A DNA stretch of 32,000 nt from Xanthomonas campestris pv. campestris str. ATCC 33913 (lineage in GTDB: Bacteria; Pseudomonadota; Gammaproteobacteria; Xanthomonadales; Xanthomonadaceae). A program made the position numbers and the translations under genes. This document shows positions 30,586-32,000 of this stretch, piece by piece. Under the pieces are notes generated by a model. The model was not told the DNA's origin, did no database searches, and was given only the letters and a program-made list of their open reading frames with translations. Location of the stretch: positions 4,793,426 through 4,825,425 of the forward strand of contig NC_003902.1 in assembly GCF_000007145.1 (NCBI RefSeq). Reading direction: 5' to 3'. Position 1 is the first letter of the stretch. Every line of letters starts with the position of its first letter.

Positions 30586-30855
30586 GCAGGGCCTGTGGCG
30601 TCATGAAGACCTGGTATCTAGCCCCAGCACCTGCATGCAGGCAACAGGGATTTGCCCTGCCATAGGAACCTCGACTGGCAGGCACGCCTGCCGGCATATG
30701 CTGCACTGCAGCGTGCCCTGTTTACTTATGATTGCGATATTCATATGCGAACAGCCCGGCCCCACCGGCTGCTGGATGTCCCCGATGTCGCATCACCGCT
30801 GTGCCGATCACGTGCGCCCCCTTGCCGCCCGCGCCCTGCGCACCCGGTGGCCGGC

Positions 30856-31863
30856 ATGAATGTGCCGCGCCAGCGTGTGGGCAGCACTGCGGTGCAGTTG
30901 TCGGCACTGGGCTTTGGCGCGGCGCCGATCGGCAATCTGTACAGCGCAGTCGACGAGGGCGACGCGCTGGCCGCGGTGACGGGCGCGTTCGAGGCCGGCA
31001 TCCGCCATTTCGATGCCGCGCCCTACTACGGCTACGGGCTGAGCGAAGCGCGCCTGGGCCGCGGGCTGGCCGGCGTGCCGCGCGCGGACTACACGCTGTC
31101 GACCAAGGTGGGCCGCTGCGTCTATGACGACGCAACGGCGGTTGCCGGGCGCGACGGCTTTGCGGTGGCCGGCCGGCGCGCCGAGTTCGACTACAGCGCC
31201 AATGGCGTGCGGCGCGCGTTCGCCTCCAGCCTGGAACGCCTGGGCACCGACTACATCGATGTGCTGTTGCTGCACGACATCGGTGCGCTGACCCACGGCG
31301 ACAACCATGCCAACGTGCTGCGCCAGGCCTTGGAGGAGGCCTTGCCGGCAATGGCGGAGCTGAAGGCGGCCGGTGCGTGCGGGGCGATCGGGCTGGGCGT
31401 CAACGAGCAGGACGTGGCACTGGAGGTGCTGCCACGGTTTCCGCTGGACTGCGTGATGCTGGCCGGCCGCTACACGCTGCTGGAACAGCACGGCGCCGCT
31501 GCGCTGCTCGACCAGGCGCAGCAACGCAACGTGGCGATCCTGTCGGCTGGCCCATACAGCTCGGGCCTGCTGAGCGACGCGCGCGGCCCCGGCGCCACCT
31601 ATAACTACGCGCCGGTGGATGCGGCCACGCTGGACCACGCGCAGCGCCTGTACGCCGCCTGCGCCGCGTTCGGCGTGGATATCGGTGCGGCCGCGTTGCA
31701 GTTCCCGCTGGCGCATCCGGCGGTGATCACGGTGGTGGCAGGCATGCGTAGCGTGGCCGAAGTGCAGTCGGCCAGTGCGCGCCTGCAGGCGACGGTGCCG
31801 GCCGCACTGTGGCAGCGGCTGCGCGACGACGGCCTGCTCGACGCGGCGTTGCCTACGCCATGA
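30856..31863 (+). CDS. Aldo/keto reductase (aldose 1-dehydrogenase type, e.g. L-fucose/D-threo-aldose dehydrogenase-like)
   Basis: MNVPRQRVGSTAVQLSALGFGAAPIGNLY..FDAAPYYGYGLSE..YIDVLLLHD. 335 aa from the ATG at 30856. The stop overlaps the next gene's ATG (ATGA). Confidence 0.8.
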   Translation: MNVPRQRVGSTAVQLSALGFGAAPIGNLYSAVDEGDALAAVTGAFEAGIRHFDAAPYYGYGLSEARLGRGLAGVPRADYTLSTKVGRCVYDDATAVAGRDGFAVAGRRAEFDYSANGVRRAFASSLERLGTDYIDVLLLHDIGALTHGDNHANVLRQALEEALPAMAELKAAGACGAIGLGVNEQDVALEVLPRFPLDCVMLAGRYTLLEQHGAAALLDQAQQRNVAILSAGPYSSGLLSDARGPGATYNYAPVDAATLDHAQRLYAACAAFGVDIGAAALQFPLAHPAVITVVAGMRSVAEVQSASARLQATVPAALWQRLRDDGLLDAALPTP

Positions 31864-32000
31864 GCCGGGTCGATGCGCACCTGCATTTCTGGCATCTGGG
31901 CCGTGGCGATTACGACTGGCTTACGCCGGAGCTGAGTGCGCTGTACCGCGACTTCGGTCCGGACGATGTGAGCGCCGCGCTGGATGCGGCCGATGTCGAC
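31860..32000 (+). CDS. Amidohydrolase-2 family protein (lactonase-like), N-terminal fragment running off the window
   Basis: My own translation gives MSRVDAHLHFWHLGRGDYDWLTPELSALYRDFGPDDVSAALDAADVD. The metal-binding DAHLHFW motif is typical of amidohydrolase_2 sugar lactonases. Confidence 0.7.
   Translation, partial: MSRVDAHLHFWHLGRGDYDWLTPELSALYRDFGPDDVSAALDAADVD

Overview
This is a high-GC (about 65% by hand counts) chromosomal segment. Its gene content, codon usage and G-rich GGGAATCG/GGGATTG intergenic repeats look Xanthomonas-like, but that taxon call is an inference. I can support about 27 protein-coding genes and found no rRNA, tRNA, CRISPR array or transposase. Most of the window is ordinary core metabolism. 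It holds a partial DUF885 gene, rsmG, a Tat-PhoD phosphatase, an Sfp-type PPTase, a small GlsB/YeaQ membrane protein and a translationally coupled xthA-GFA pair. It also holds a TonB-receptor/phosphodiester-glycosidase/ROK-regulator locus and a GDPD-parvulin-membrane protein operon. An acetate locus follows (DcaP-like porin, yjcH, actP, divergent acs, LuxR-type response regulator), then DUF4424, GH43, and the start of an aldose dehydrogenase/lactonase cluster. Two regions stand out. (1) 5.8-10.8 kb is a low-GC islet (42-45% in places) on the minus strand. It encodes two tandem, mosaic ankyrin-repeat lipoproteins, a signal-less 769-aa GHSLGG lipase with an Ala/Gly/Gln-rich C-terminal half and an 18-residue poly-Gly tail, and a coiled-coil/TM protein. 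I read this as a candidate contact-dependent antibacterial phospholipase effector plus periplasmic immunity array, with clear duplication scars. (2) 27.9-28.7 kb encodes a membrane-anchored thioredoxin-fold protein (CPYC) followed 4 nt later by a strongly RBS-driven 67-aa precursor with a Sec-like leader and six Cys in its last 27 residues. This is a possibly uncharacterised oxidoreductase/Cys-rich-peptide pair. Many long ORFs in the track are antisense artefacts of high GC and were rejected.
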